Below, in pieces: positions 26,851-40,272 of a DNA stretch of 64,000 nt. The notes under the pieces were generated by a model. The model ran no database searches. It was not told where the DNA came from and worked only from the letters and a program-made list of their open reading frames with translations. How positions within the stretch are numbered: position 1 is the stretch's first letter; the number at the start of each line of letters is the position of its first letter. Origin of the DNA: Octopus sinensis (lineage: Eukaryota); contig NC_043008.1 in NCBI RefSeq assembly GCF_006345805.1, positions 18,724,001-18,788,000 of the forward strand, read 5' to 3'. A program made the translations under genes and the position numbers.

Positions 26851-27104
26851 CTATATATAAATATATATGTGTGTGTGTGTGTGTATGTGTGTGTGTGTGT
26901 GTGCGTGTGTATACAAATTATGGGGGTTTAGTTCACCATATCTAAATGATTAGGTACGCTGTAACGGATTACTAGAGCTTCAAGGTTATAGCCGAGACGG
27001 TAGTTATGGAGTCATTACAGCAGATAATTGCTAAAGACGACAACAAACACTAAGGCAAGGCAAACATCTCAAGTGTTATATCATATTATTATTGGAAAAA
27101 ATTC

Positions 27105-27160
27105 ATCTTACAGTTGTTTCTGAGATATCTACGAATATGAGATATTCGGTCATCAGAGAC
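27105..27160 (-). ncRNA. Degenerate type I hammerhead ribozyme motif in a Penelope-like terminal repeat
   Basis: Minus strand GTCT-CTGATGA-CCGAATATCTCATATTCGTAGATATCTCA-GAAA-C-AACT-GTA-AGAT; homologous to 17080-17155. Confidence 0.55.
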
Positions 27161-28964
27161 AAATAGGGAAAAACAGTGAAAATTAGAATGGTATGTATTA
27201 ATGAGGTGACGACATTGAGGAAGGGAGTAAAGAAATAAGGAGATGGGGACAGAAGAAAATAAAGAAGTTTAAATGTTCATACTTCAACTTTCCGATGTTC
27301 TAGAAAGAAGAGCATAAGTCCTTAGGTGCAATTCTACGTATATAATGTTGGTTAAAATCCAGATATAATAAGCATCCAGAGAATAAAATGCGCGAACATA
27401 TGACCGTTCAGTAACATAATGGTAGCGGAGGTGGTTATTAAGTAATAAAAGGGGAAAAAAATTATAAATAGAAAGAGAAAGAGATAGTATAAGGGTTAAG
27501 GATTTGACTGCGGATAAAATAAGGTGTATAGGCGAATAGTGTCTAAGAATTGTGTACAGGGTAGTTGAGAAGATAAGAGAGAGGACGACGCGGTAGAGGA
27601 AGATAGGGCAAAAAAATAGCAAAATGGATGGAATTTGAAGATAGTAGTACTGTCTATGATAGACTTAAAGTCTACAGGTGTTAGAGAGGAAATCTAGTAG
27701 TAAACACTTGTATCCGTTCTGGCTAAGGTCAGTGGCTGTAGAGTTATTTCTAGTAAGGGGGTTATGGGTGTGTAGGTAGTCGAAAATAGAAGAGCTAGTT
27801 GAATGTATAGAGTTGCATGATCTTGTAGTAGCCAGATCAGAAGATTATCTCGTACGCTACTGTATTAAAAAGTAGATAAACACGTGATTCAATGCAGTTC
27901 GGTGTATCAAAATAAATAATGGTATCATGATATCTTGCATGATTTTGACTATAATTCTACACCAGCTGGGCTGACCTGAGTTTAGATAAAAGCATTACCT
28001 ACAGTTTATTCATGGTGTCCATACAGCTCATAAATTATTGTTACCTGTATTGCAAGAAATATCAGTCTAAATCAGACGGTTCTGTTTTAAAAAAGAAGTA
28101 TGAGTTGGAAGAAGGGAGGGTGGTCACGGTATGAATAACTTTGAAATTAGGCCTGCAATAAGGGAGCCGCTGTGACGCTAAATTACAATAACAATATAAG
28201 AATTGTGTTAATACAGTTTTGCTTCGCTGTTAATAGAGCAAAATTATATCAATGAAATTAATATACTGATAAGTTAATGTTTAATTTGTATATCTCAGAG
28301 GATGCCATGTTGAGGGTTTCTAAAAAGAATGAAATGGTGCTATACGTAATTATCTATGACATAAAATATTAAGATTTTCGTAAAGAGAAAGGAATAAAAA
28401 TTGAATACGCATATTCTATGCAACTTCTTCGTTATTCCTAAATATCGTAATCAAACTTTCAATCCAGCCAAATATGAAGAAACTATTATCTTCCTTGTAC
28501 TAATTCTCTGCTAAAGGACTCCGCCTGCTTAATGCCGTTTATATATAAAATGTAGAACTCTGATTATATATTCTTAGTTACTCCCTTAACATATTCTATA
28601 TTCTTTTTTCTAAAAAAAAAAACAACAACATTTCATCGATCTGCAGGTTTTAAATATATAATAGTAAACGGACTTTCCTTGCCGATATGATATGAATTCT
28701 ACTCAATAGCTAAACGAGAATATAGATCGATGTTCGATGATAAATAAAAAACTAATCTGTGGTGTAGAAGGAACAGCAAGAAGAATAAGTACAGACAGAA
28801 ATACTCAATTATTCATTTGTTATTATGACGCTAGAGTGTATGTTGTATTCAAACATTACTATTCATGGGTCACTTATCTACTTAATTTTGATACCCAACA
28901 CCAGTTGTTCTCTGATTTATAATCAAGAAGGGTCCATTTTCTTATCTCATGTATATTGAAATGC

Positions 28965-29160
28965 ATTGGCGGACGGAATATTTAGTGGAATTTCTTACGG
29001 ATTTCGGTCCTCAATTTAAATTCCACCCGTGTCGACCTTCCCTTTCATTCTTTCGAGGTCTATTAAAATAAGTACCAGCTGAAAACTGGGATCGAAGTAA
29101 TCTACCACTTACCCCATCCCTTCCCACAACAAAATATACCTTGTACCGGTAGCAGAAAGA
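28965..29160 (+). mobile_element. SINE family A, old copy
   Basis: TTTAAATTCCACC...GTCGACCTTCCCTTTCATTCTTTCGAGGTC...AAAATAAGTACCAG. Confidence 0.7.
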
Positions 29161-29341
29161 AAACGCTAAGGAAATAATGAAAACATTTTGTAAAATCAGT
29201 TTCGTTTCTGAACTTGTGCTTGCAACATAAATTGTTATGACATTTTAATAGAAAGTTTTAATTTAGACCATATTAATAAACGAAGTTTATATCATAGATC
29301 CAAGAGCGGTCTCGAGTGTGTTGATATTGAAAATGGATTTT

Positions 29342-29567
29342 TGCACCTTTAGCATTTAAATCGACCATATCTGTCCCAAATACTCTCCCTGTTTTATGTT
29401 CAATCTGGCCAGATCTGGCTTCTGAAAGCCTACCTTACAATGTCATACTAAGAATAAACAGCCGCCACATTAAAATCTTGTAGATACAAAATAATGCCTG
29501 ATTAATTTAAAACGGTGAGTTAATAAGAATTACATTTGACAAAGTAATCTGAAAGCTAAAAGGTTCA
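29342..29567. mobile_element. Degenerate piggyBac-like (TTAA-type) MITE
   Basis: Ends CCTTTAGCATT... and ...GAAAGCTAAAAGG form degenerate inverted repeats; the TTAA flanks are decayed. Confidence 0.5.
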
Positions 29568-29671
29568 ATTCATTTTGCTACCAGCAGTTTGAGTTATTTA
29601 ACTCGGCTAGCTTTTGTTCAAATTACGCAAATTACTTGGAACATAAATGAGTTCTACCCGTTTTTTTTTAT

Positions 29672-29874
29672 ATATATAAATCTAACTCCTTGGCTACTGG
29701 AGATAAATTCTGACCAGTTTCGTGTTGATAACGGTTATTGAGCCAGGAACATGTCTCCACGTCTCTCGTTTTTAATATATAAATCTAACCCCTTGGCTAC
29801 TGGAGATAAATTCTGACCAGTTTCGTGTTGATAACGGTTATTGAGTCAGGAACATGTCTCCACGTCTCTCGTTT
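29672..29874 (+). repeat. Near-perfect tandem duplication, period 103 bp
   Basis: 29672-29771 versus 29775-29874 differ by two substitutions. Confidence 0.95.
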
Positions 29875-30009
29875 GTCTCCAGACAAAAAGCCTGGCCTTT
29901 TGCTTAATCGCGTCTCAAATTTGGAGGAATTTTTGATTTCTGAGATTAACTCCCCTGCTCAAGTTGAACCGAACTTAATTGCCATTTGGTAATTATGTTA
30001 GAGTAAAAG

Positions 30010-30140
30010 CCGCGTGGCTTAGTGGCTAGAGCATTCGGTTCACGATTATAAGGTTGTGAATTCAATTCCCGGTGATGCGTTCTAGCCTTCAGCAACACAC
30101 TTTGTTTCACATTGCCCCAGTCCACTTGCATCGGTGAGGT
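30010..30140 (+). mobile_element. SINE family C, 5' part (tRNA-like head)
   Basis: GCGTGGCTTAGTGGCTAGAGCATTCGG...CAACACACTTTGTTTCACATTGCCCCAGTCCAC. Confidence 0.7.
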
Positions 30141-30179
30141 TGAGGATGGGGGGAAGAAGGACGCTTATCATAGGATTCT

Positions 30180-30560
30180 GATAATGATGAAGATGATGAT
30201 GATGAAGACGACGACGACGATGATGGTGATGAACATCATCATCATTAGCATCATCGTGGTCGTTGTCGTCGTCATCATCATCATTATCAATATCATCATC
30301 GACATGATCAACATTATCGACATGATCATCATCATCATCACTATTGTCATTACCATCATCATCGCCACATGATCATAATGATGTGAGGATCGCTTATATG
30401 AGAAAGATCACCATCAAAATGTTGATGACGATGATGATGATAATGATGATGATGATGGTAGTGGTGGTGGTGGTGGTAGTGTTAGTGGTGGTAGTGGTAG
30501 TGTTGGTGCTGGTGGTGGTGGTGGTGGTGCTGGTGGTGGTGGTGCTGGTGGTCTTGATGG

Positions 30561-30621
<61 letters not shown>

Positions 30622-30630
30622 GATGTTGAT
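30180..30630 (+). repeat. Compound trinucleotide array (GAT/CAT/GGT/GTT)
   Basis: Direct reading. Confidence 0.95.
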
Positions 30631-30792
30631 GGCTGGGTTCATTACAAAATCTAATAAGTACGTGTATATGTGTGTGTGCATTTGTGTGCGTGTATATAAG
30701 TTTCAAGAGTTGTGTGTGCGTATGCATATATCCGTGCGTGCATATGCTTAGCTACGTGTGCGCATGTGTGTATGAGCGTGTGCGCGCCTATA

Positions 30793-30832
<40 letters not shown>

Positions 30833-31259
30833 TGTATGTGTGTGTGTTTGTGTGTGTGATGCATTTGTATTTGCGGAGGTGTTTCCATACTTGTGGGTGA
30901 ATGCTAATTGCTGTTTAATATTATATTCTCTAGAACTATAGCGTTCTGTAATAGACTGATAGACATTTCGTATGGAACTGGTTTGGAGAGTCACAAGCAG
31001 TACAATGGAAACTTGGGAACACTCGACAGATAGTAATCTCTCCTGAAACAAATCGATATATTGATTATATTTAAAATAGCTACAATCTGCCTCTAAGGTG
31101 GAATTGAAGACACAAAGGTAATAAGACACAAAAAGAACCTATTTTGATTTCTGTTTGAAATATCCACATCCTGTGAAAATGATTTAATGCACTTCGTAGT
31201 AATCGCGCAAGTACATACATTTAATATAGTAGATGCCTACATAAATGGAGATGTAATTA

Positions 31260-31427
31260 TATATGCATGCATTCATACAAGCGTATACTATATACACATG
31301 CACACACACACACACGTGTGTGTATAAATATGTATACATATACACATATATATATATGTATATATATATTATATATATATATATATATAATATATATATG
31401 TTTGTTATATATATATATATATATGTT

Positions 31428-31511
<84 letters not shown>

Positions 31512-31705
31512 GCATATATGTATGTATATATGTATATATATTATATATATATATATATATACGTATATGTGTGTGTGCGCGTGAGTGTGTGTCTGTGTAT
31601 GTATACATGTATGTATACATGTATGTATGCATAGTTACATAAATATAGATAGATATATGCATATAGATATACATGTATATATGCATATATATACACATGG
31701 ATAAG

Positions 31706-31779
<74 letters not shown>

Positions 31780-32101
31780 ATATATATATATACGTATATA
31801 TTTATAAGCGCATACGTTTGGGTGCATAGATATACATATGAATATTTATATTGCACTATATATACACATGTATATATATATATGGAACACATATGTGAAT
31901 ATATATATATGTATGTATGTATATATATATGTATATATATGTATATATATGTATATGTGTGTGTGCGTGTGTGTGCGTGTGTATGTGTGTGTGTGTGTAT
32001 GCTGCATTCGTGCTTATGTACTATATTTCAATTTTGCCCAAGTTTTATTGTTATAGACATATTCACAAGTGGGTTTATATACATGTATATATATATACAT
32101 G

Positions 32102-32155
<54 letters not shown>

Positions 32156-32210
32156 TATATATATATGTATATATATATGTGTGTGTATGTATGTATGTAT
32201 GTATCATGTA
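31260..32210. repeat. Long TA/TG compound microsatellite
   Basis: Direct reading. Confidence 0.95.
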
Positions 32211-32293
32211 GGCGTGTGTCTTACGCGTACAAACGTGAAAGATTTTCGTGTTTGCTTGGATGTATATAACTGTGAACATGATTATTCAGCATT

Positions 32294-32324
<31 letters not shown>

Positions 32325-33109
32325 TTGTGCAAGGGTTCATGTGTGGGTAAGCTTCAGCATAAAGCTGTGAATATAATTATGAAATTATATATTTGTATAT
32401 AGGTTCGTGTACAGAAGTCAGTATACTGACAGAGACAAATCTCACTGATACGTTTGAATATGTGAATGTGTGGATGCATATTTTTATGTATAAATATGTG
32501 CTTTTGTTTTTTCTTCTCTTCACACTGCTTCCTAGAAGGAGTATGCTCGTTTGTAACGATGAAAGAAACACCATTCCAGGGGTTTGGATAATGGCGCGAT
32601 AACAATTACAGCATGCATCCATGTATGCTCGTATGTATGCATGTATACATGTACGTACGTTTCCAAGTGTGTACACATAGCTGTTTATGGATGGTGTTTA
32701 TCTTTTACTTGTTTGAATCACTGGACTACGCCCATGCTAGGCACCCCGTGAGTCGTTTATTTGAAAAAGGAAAGCCCATTATTTCTTTGAAAAAACTGTG
32801 TGTGGTTATTTATCGGTCATTTTTAGCGGAACACTATAGTACGGGGACTTAGACAAACCGACACCGTTTGATCAGTGTTGTTGGAGGGCGAAGCACAAAC
32901 ACATAGATACACACACACGCACACACACATATATAGTGATGCTTCACACACACACACGCGCACACATATAAGTACTGATGCGAAAGTTCTTTTGAGGTCA
33001 CGTGTATGAATTTAAAAAGAAAGACGCATAACTAATCAAAGAAGAACTGTATTTGAAAATTGCTACACAAATTCTCGAGAATCCTTTTATCACACCTATT
33101 CAACTAATC

Positions 33110-33650
33110 CATCGTTATCATTGATGGCTGCTTCAATACGGAGCCGGAAGCGTTACCATACTTCAATCAGATTATCTTTATCAATTTTGAATATAGTGCT
33201 GGTGCTGCTTGTAGCGGAATGAGAGATTCTATGGTGTTATGAGGGTGTTTATAGACTTATCTCTCAACTACGCCCCGTACGTAATAGTCCAGTTGATTGA
33301 AGTCTTGTGATCTACAAGGCCATGTATCTGGAAGAAAATGGTGTTAGAGAGTGGTATGCATCCACGCCCGGGTTGTACTAACTTTATGAGGTGGCGCAGA
33401 GTCGTGCTGAGAGGCATAGGATCTTCCGTTGCGTATTCTGTCTATCCAAGGCCTCACTATTTTGTCCAACACCTTTGTAGAGACAGCAGCATTGATTCTT
33501 AAACCCTGTGAAAAAAGTGAGGAGGCATGGCAACTTACTCGTTGTTGTTGACTCCCAGAACCATCACAGTTGCTGGGAACTTAGTGTGCCTGACATTGGA
33601 ACCTCATTCGTGCTCTGCATAAATATTTGTTGTCCTAATATGACCAAAAT
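33110..33650 (-). mobile_element. Decayed Tc1/mariner transposase (maT/DD37D-like), catalytic region to C-terminus
   Basis: Minus strand: HTKFPATVMVLGV...MPPHFF..GLRINAA...VRPWIDRI.NGRSY..QHDSAPPH...WPCRSQDFNQLDYYVRGVVER...RFRLRIEAAI. Confidence 0.9.
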
Positions 33651-33835
33651 AAAAGCATTCAGTTTTAACTTGTTTTAACCTCTAAAGAAGACTGTGCCGA
33701 AGCGAGGTAATGTGTTTCGCTGAAAAACAAAGTACAGCCCAGTCTGGGTATCGAATTCACAACCTCATATGTATAACCCGATGTTCCAAACACTAAACCA
33801 TGCGCCTTCACAACACACACATACCTCCATACATA

Positions 33836-33958
33836 CGAGGGATGTGTGAAAAGTTTTGGGCCTTCAAGTCCTTTTGAGCCTTGAAGTCTTGTACCTTCAT
33901 CAGAAGTCTTGAACCATGTTTTGTTTTTTTTAGTCTCAATATTTTCATACACCCCTCG
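33836..33958. mobile_element. 123-bp mariner-type MITE with TA TSD
   Basis: TA|CGAGGGATGTGTGAAAAG ... TTTTCATACACCCCTCG|TA. Confidence 0.85.
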
Positions 33959-34394
33959 TATACACACACACACACACACACGCACACACACACACACGCA
34001 CACACACACACACGCACATATTTTATATATGTATGTTGTACGTAAGAATAAGGAGTTGTACATACATATATATATACATAAATTTAGAGTCAAGTGTTGG
34101 CTGCTATTTCCAACGTGGTGGTATCTCTTAGATACCCTAAATTATAATTTTAATAATAAGTATTACCTTTGAAGGTTTTTATTCCCATGCTGGCCACCTG
34201 ATAAGATCGGTATTTAAATATCGATCTTATCCTTATTTATATAAAAATTTAGTTAGGTGTCATTTATTTGTATAAAATCATAAAATTGAATTGAATTTAT
34301 TATTTAAGGATCAAATTATTTAATTATTCAGTTTATTATTTTGGTTTCCATTTCTAATTTATACACATATACATAACATTTTTGCTATAAGCAG

Positions 34395-34587
34395 AAGGCG
34401 TGAATCTTGGGGAAGGGGTACAGTCGATTACATTGACCCCAGTGCTCAAATGTTACTTATTTTATTGATCCCGAAAGGGTGAAAGACAAAGTCAAACTTG
34501 GCGGAATTTGAACTCAGAACGTAGTGACGTGCAAAATACAAATATGCATTTCGTCCTGTGTGCTAACGATTCTTCCAGCTCACCGCC
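34395..34587 (-). mobile_element. SINE family A (older tail type)
   Basis: GACCCCAGTGCTCAA...GATCCCGAAAGG...GGCGGAATTTGAACTCAGAACGT...CCAGCTCACCGCC. Confidence 0.85.
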
Positions 34588-35041
34588 TATAGAGAAGCAT
34601 AAAAATAATATTACAGGACTTCTGCGCACGCGCTGTACAAACGGTAGGTAGTCGAGATATTGAATTACTATTTTAACATAATTTAGATATATAATTTATA
34701 GGAATATATATATATCCATAAACATACATGCATTCACGCACGCATACACATATATATGTGTGTACAGTATATGTGAATGTGAGTGTGTGTTTGAGTGTGT
34801 GTGTGTGCGCGCGTGTGTGTGTGCGTGTGTCTGTGTATGATCTGCGCCTCTGCATATCTGCGTCCTTCTATATTCAAGAAATGAATGTATATACGCTCAC
34901 GTGCAAACACATATAGACATATCCGCTAAAAACAAACGAATATCCGTACATACATAATATATACATACATACATATATATATATATATATGTGTGCGTGT
35001 GTGTGTGTGTGTATACATATATATATTTATAGGGAGAATTC

Positions 35042-35150
<109 letters not shown>

Positions 35151-35699
35151 CACATATATATATATATACATGGGCATATACGTGTGTACACACACACAAA
35201 TATACATGCATACATATACGCGCGTGGAGTGGGGGTTTAATCATGGATGAGAACAGTTTACATACTTCCCTCTTACAAAAGATACTATAACCTATTTAGT
35301 CAACTACGCACAATATACTTTTTTTTTTTCCTGATACCAATGCTTTCTTCGTAGATAAAAGAACCATTTCAAATAAACAAGAGACTGTAATATCATAGAG
35401 AGATTCCAGCCAAATTTGTTTTCCATTCTTTAGTTTGTTGCAGACATCACATACAAGACCATTCTGGATTACCGCCTCTTTCTATGTCTCCAAGAAAAAC
35501 TACCAGAGAATGCAACCAGCGCTTGTTTGAAGTAGTAATATAAATCTTCTCTAGTTTGTAGAACTTCGTCTTGTTCTCTACAAAACAAGAGGCCATACTG
35601 AAGCTTCTCTTTCATGAGTCACAGGAAGCCGGATGGTTTTCTTATAAACAATACTTTTTAGCCGTATTCCACAGCGTGTATTATCTTTACCTTTCATCG

Positions 35700-36245
35700 T
35701 TGTTTTGTTTCAGTCATTAGGCTGCGGCCATGCTGGGGCACCGTCTTGAAGAATTTTAGTCTAACGTATCAGCCCCAGTAATTATCTTATATTTTAAGCC
35801 TGGTAAATATTCTATCGGTCGCTTATACCGAACCGCTAAGTTACAAGACCATAAACAAACCAGCATTGGTTGTCAAGCGGTGAGGTAGGGACACAGACAC
35901 ACGAACACAAACACACATACACACATACACACACACACACGGACACACACACAGTCTCTCTCTCTCTCTCACATACACACGCGCACGTGCATATATATAA
36001 ATATGCGTGTGCATGTATGTGTGAGCAATTTTTGTGTCTGTATTTGCCTCCTACCACCGATTGAGAACCCGTGTTGGTGTGTTTACATCCCCAGTAATTT
36101 AGCAGTTCGGCAAAAGCATCAGACAGTATAAGTACCAGGCTTTCAAAAAATACAAAGAAGCTGGTGTCGATTCGTTCAACTAAAATTCTTCAGTTCGGTG
36201 CCCCAGAATGGCCGCAGTTTACTGACCGAAACAAGTAAAACCTAA
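35700..36245. mobile_element. Two SINE-B 3' halves in inverted orientation (35700-35930 minus; 36020-36245 plus)
   Basis: ...ACCGAACCGCTAAGTTAC... versus ...GTAATTTAGCAGTTCGGCAAAAG...GAATGGCCGCAGTT. Confidence 0.8.
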
Positions 36246-36514
36246 CAGATATTATTGCGCTATCTTCAGAGGCAAACGCCGTTTTCACCAATTATTTCAT
36301 GTCATTTCCAATCTCCTATGACCATCAAACCATTTTAGATATTTGCTTCGTCCTTACATCCAGTAAGGGCATCACCAGAAACTATCACCTAAAGAGATTT
36401 CTTTAATAACGATTAACGGGTCAGTTTCCTATCAAGTCAGGAGTAAAAGCTTTTATATAGTCAGTCAACCTACATTTTGTTCTATGTAGGTGTAAAATCT
36501 CTAACGATTTCTCA

Positions 36515-36860
36515 ACAGGTTTTAACGTGTGGCTCCTGGACCTCAGGACAACATCATTCTCAACGTTAAAGGAGAATTCATCTACGAAGCAATTGCTCCT
36601 GCTCCCCTTCAGGGTTGGCGAAAGCGATGTGGTGGACAACGAAAAACCTGGCTGATGACAGTCAAGGCTGATCTGGAACCCAACCTAGCCCCCCCCCCCC
36701 ATATCTACGGCGTTCGCCGCTGGAATAGAGAGTAGTTGGAGATCACGCGGTCGTTAGCCAGGTCTGGTCGGCGTTTGTGAGAGATGCAGCATTGAGGATG
36801 AATGAAGCCAGCTCAACCCTCCTTGGGTGAATGCTGTCTCAAGACAAGAAGAAAAGACAA
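36515..36860 (+). mobile_element. RTE-clade LINE 3' end fragment
   Basis: GWRKRCGGQRKTWLMTVKADLEP...IYGVRRWNRE*LE...SAFVRDA matches the RTE ORF C-terminus (W.RR.GGQ.KTW...DL...G.RRW). Confidence 0.8.
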
Positions 36861-37174
36861 CGTTAAAGGAGACATGGCCAGAGTCTCTTCATTGAGTCTT
36901 TTATCAAAACAGTCTTATTATAATGACTACTCAGGGTCATTGCATGACGACAACCAGACAATTATGGTTATTTATCTATAATTGAGAAAGAATATAAGCA
37001 GTGCTGGATAGAATTCCTGAAGATATCTAAAAGTATGACGTTCAAGGAACTTAGTTCAATAGACTTGAAACTCATTTAGATCAATAAATAACATCAGTAC
37101 CATTCCAGCGTTTGGTATCTTTTCATCAATCAGTTTTGGAGAAGAACGGAAAATCAAAGATTGATTATCTACAT

Positions 37175-37519
37175 CAGTGGTTCCCAACCATTTTGCTTTA
37201 TATCTATGAAGTTTTTCGATTACTGTTTTATTCTGGTGGACCCCATAGCCATTCGATGTTTCATGACTAGACTTACCGATACTTCTTTCAAAATTCCTAT
37301 TTTGTTTATCACTCATTCATTCGTGTGGGCTGAACTATGTAAAACGTCAGAAAAAGAAACCGAACTACCTCTTGCAATAAATACAGCTGAAGTAGATATT
37401 TTTTCACGGACCCATAAAATACTAAAAGTGAACCGAATTTACAATTTTGCTAGTGTGTACAACGCCAAAATCTTATATAAACCAAAAGGGATCCTATCGA
37501 TCTCGGTTGTAAACCACTA
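37175..37519. mobile_element. hAT (Charlie-like) MITE
   Basis: CAGTGGTTCCCAACC ... GGTTGTAAACCACTA termini; no 8-bp TSD is recognisable. Confidence 0.65.
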
Positions 37520-37589
37520 AGCGTGCAGATTCTACACGCTTGCTCAACCAGCTTGATATCACAGGAAAATGTCTTTCAAATCACATACT

Positions 37590-38199
37590 TATTTCTTTTT
37601 ACTACCCACAAGGGGCTAAACACAGAGGGGGGACAAACAAGGACAGAGAAACGGATTCAGTCGATTATATCGATCCCAGTGCGTAACTGGTACTTATTTA
37701 ATCGACCCCGAAAGGATAAAAGGCAAAGTCAACCTCGGCGGAATTTGAACTCATAACGTAGCGGCAGACGAAATACCTACTTTTATTTCTTTACTACCCA
37801 CAATGGGCTAAACACAGAGAGGACAAACAAGGACAGACAGACGGATTAAGTCGATTATATCGGCACCAGTATTTCACTGATATTTGATTTATCGACCCCG
37901 AAAGGATGAAAGGCAAAGTTGACCTCGGTGGAAGTTGAACTCAGAACATAGCGGCAGACGAAATACCTATTTCTTTACTACCCACAAGGGGCTAAACACA
38001 GAGGGGACAAACAAGGACAGACAAAGGTATTAAGTCGATTATATCGACCCCAGTGCGTAACTGGTACTTAATTTATCGACCCTGAAAGGATGAAAGGCAA
38101 AGTCGACCTCGGCGGAATTTGAACTCAGAACGTAACGGCAGACGAAATACCACGAAGCATTTCGCCTGGCGTGCTAACGTTTCTGCCAGCTCGCCGCCT
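37590..38199 (-). mobile_element. SINE-A concatemer: one head plus three body-tail units, flanked by a 16-bp TSD
   Basis: TTTCAAATCACATACT at 37574-37589 and 38200-38215; unit junctions read ...GAAATAGGTA|TTTCGTCTGCCG on the element strand. Confidence 0.9.
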
Positions 38200-39399
38200 T
38201 TTCAAATCACATACTGCCGTCTCAAAAACGGTGCTGCACATCCTTTAACGCGTTCTTAGATTAACTTTTTTTGGAATGGAATGATGAGAAAATATTTGAT
38301 TATAGATCTGTTCAATCAGAACCGATCTCGGGGTTAAACAACAACAACAACAACAACAGGATAAAGAAGTAAAAACAGTTTCTTTGTGTAACATGGATAA
38401 GTGTTAAACGATTTCTGCAGCTTCATTTTAATTACAGCAGTGGATTACTTCATTTCCATCATTAACAATCATTTGGTAATTTTTCGTATTACACTTATTC
38501 CCGAATTCCCTTCTAACTATAAAACCCGTTCGTAATTAAGAAAATCTTTTATTTAACAACGCTACAACTTTTTTTTTTTTTTTTTTATTTATATATTTAT
38601 TTATTTTTTTGCAGTTGGTGCTTTATATTTTTATTTTATATTAAGCTTTATAGCATTCCAATAAAAAAAAAATGTTCCGGGTTTTAATGGTTGTTTTCTT
38701 CTATTTGTATATTCGGCAACAGAGAAATGACTTAGAGCATTACGTGTTTCGAAGTTTGATATTGGACAATATTCTGATTGCATGGAATTGGTCGATGCAA
38801 AACGGAAAATGCTTCCCATTGCTTTTATATAGCTGATTGTATTGTTGCTATAGGTTTATTTATTCTTCTTTATTTCTTGTTGTCTTTCTTGTTATCTTTA
38901 TTTGTACGCTTTCGTACTTGTCTACGCAGTTAATGAAGTGACACGTTTTGACAGTAGTTAGAAACATTTAATTTCCTGAAAATCCATGCTCTTAACTCAG
39001 CGAATAAAATTGCTTGAAAAGGGAGCAACCGGTACATCAAAATCTGTTTGTATTGACAGCTACTGTTATTGTTGAAGGATTCAATCAGGTTTCCATGCTG
39101 CCAAGCGGTATTACTAGACACAGGTTTACCTGGAAATTTAAATTTTCGTCAGAATGATTTGTATAAAATTAATCGAATTTTGCTGGTTCTCTTGTGCACA
39201 CAAATATACAATATACAAAACATCTCCGTAGTTGCAATGTTGTACAAGGTACACATATCCATCGCTGAAAACGTATTCACCTTTAACGACAATTGCTTAA
39301 ATATTTATTTTCTTCTCAACGTCAAATAAGCCGTAAACAGAAAAGTTACATTTACATTCCATTTGCTTATATGAGCATTTAGCTATTTGCCTTTCTTCC

Positions 39400-39634
39400 T
39401 TTATACACACCCATGTGTGTGAGTATGTATATACACATATATATGTGTGTATACACACGCATGTACATATGTGTGTATACACACGCATAATACGTGTTAT
39501 AGTAACAATGTTTGTCAATGCTGCATTTATTGCAATATACCAACTTATCTCTCTCTTTCTCTCTTTACATGCATATTTATACATACATACATATATATTA
39601 TATATTGTCCAGTCCATGTATGTATGTATATACA

Positions 39635-39691
<57 letters not shown>

Positions 39692-39835
39692 TTTTATATT
39701 GCATATGTATGTAGACATGTATATATTATATATATATTATATATATATTATATGTATGTATATCTATGTAATTATATATATATATATATAATATATATAT
39801 ATATATAGTAGATGTATGTATATATATATATATGT
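39400..39835. repeat. TA/TATG compound microsatellite
   Basis: Direct reading. Confidence 0.9.
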
Positions 39836-40190
39836 GAAGGCGCATGGCTCAGTGGTTAGAGCGTCGAGCTTACGATCGCGAGGTTGTGATTTCCAATCGT
39901 GTCGTATTCTTGAGCAAGACACTTTATTTCACGTTGCTCCAATTCACTCAGCTGTAGAAATGTGTTGCGACCTCACATGTGCCAAACCGTATCGGCCTTT
40001 GCTTTCCCTTGGATAACACTGTTGGCGTGGAGAGGGGAGTCTTGTATACATAGATGATGACACGCTTCAATAAACAACATTGCCTAGAATTGTGCTGGTA
40101 GATTTGCGCGCGGGAGGGTAACATTCTATGTGCAATCCCATGGTCAGTCATGACCGAAGGGGTTCTCAGCATATAAATTTATATATATTA
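39835..40190 (+). mobile_element. SINE family C, full-length (subtype ending GACCGAAGGGG)
   Basis: GCGCATGGCTCAGTGGTTAGAGCG A box; CTTGAGCAAGACACTTTATTTCAC; colinear with 61010-61340. Confidence 0.85.
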
Positions 40191-40197
40191 TATATAT

Positions 40198-40256
<59 letters not shown>

Positions 40257-40272
40257 ATATAATATATATATA

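Noticed and set aside
39835-39900. tRNA-like sequences here and at 30010, 51860, 55110 and 61010
   Set aside because: These are SINE heads with incomplete cloverleaves that continue into SINE bodies; they are not tRNA genes.
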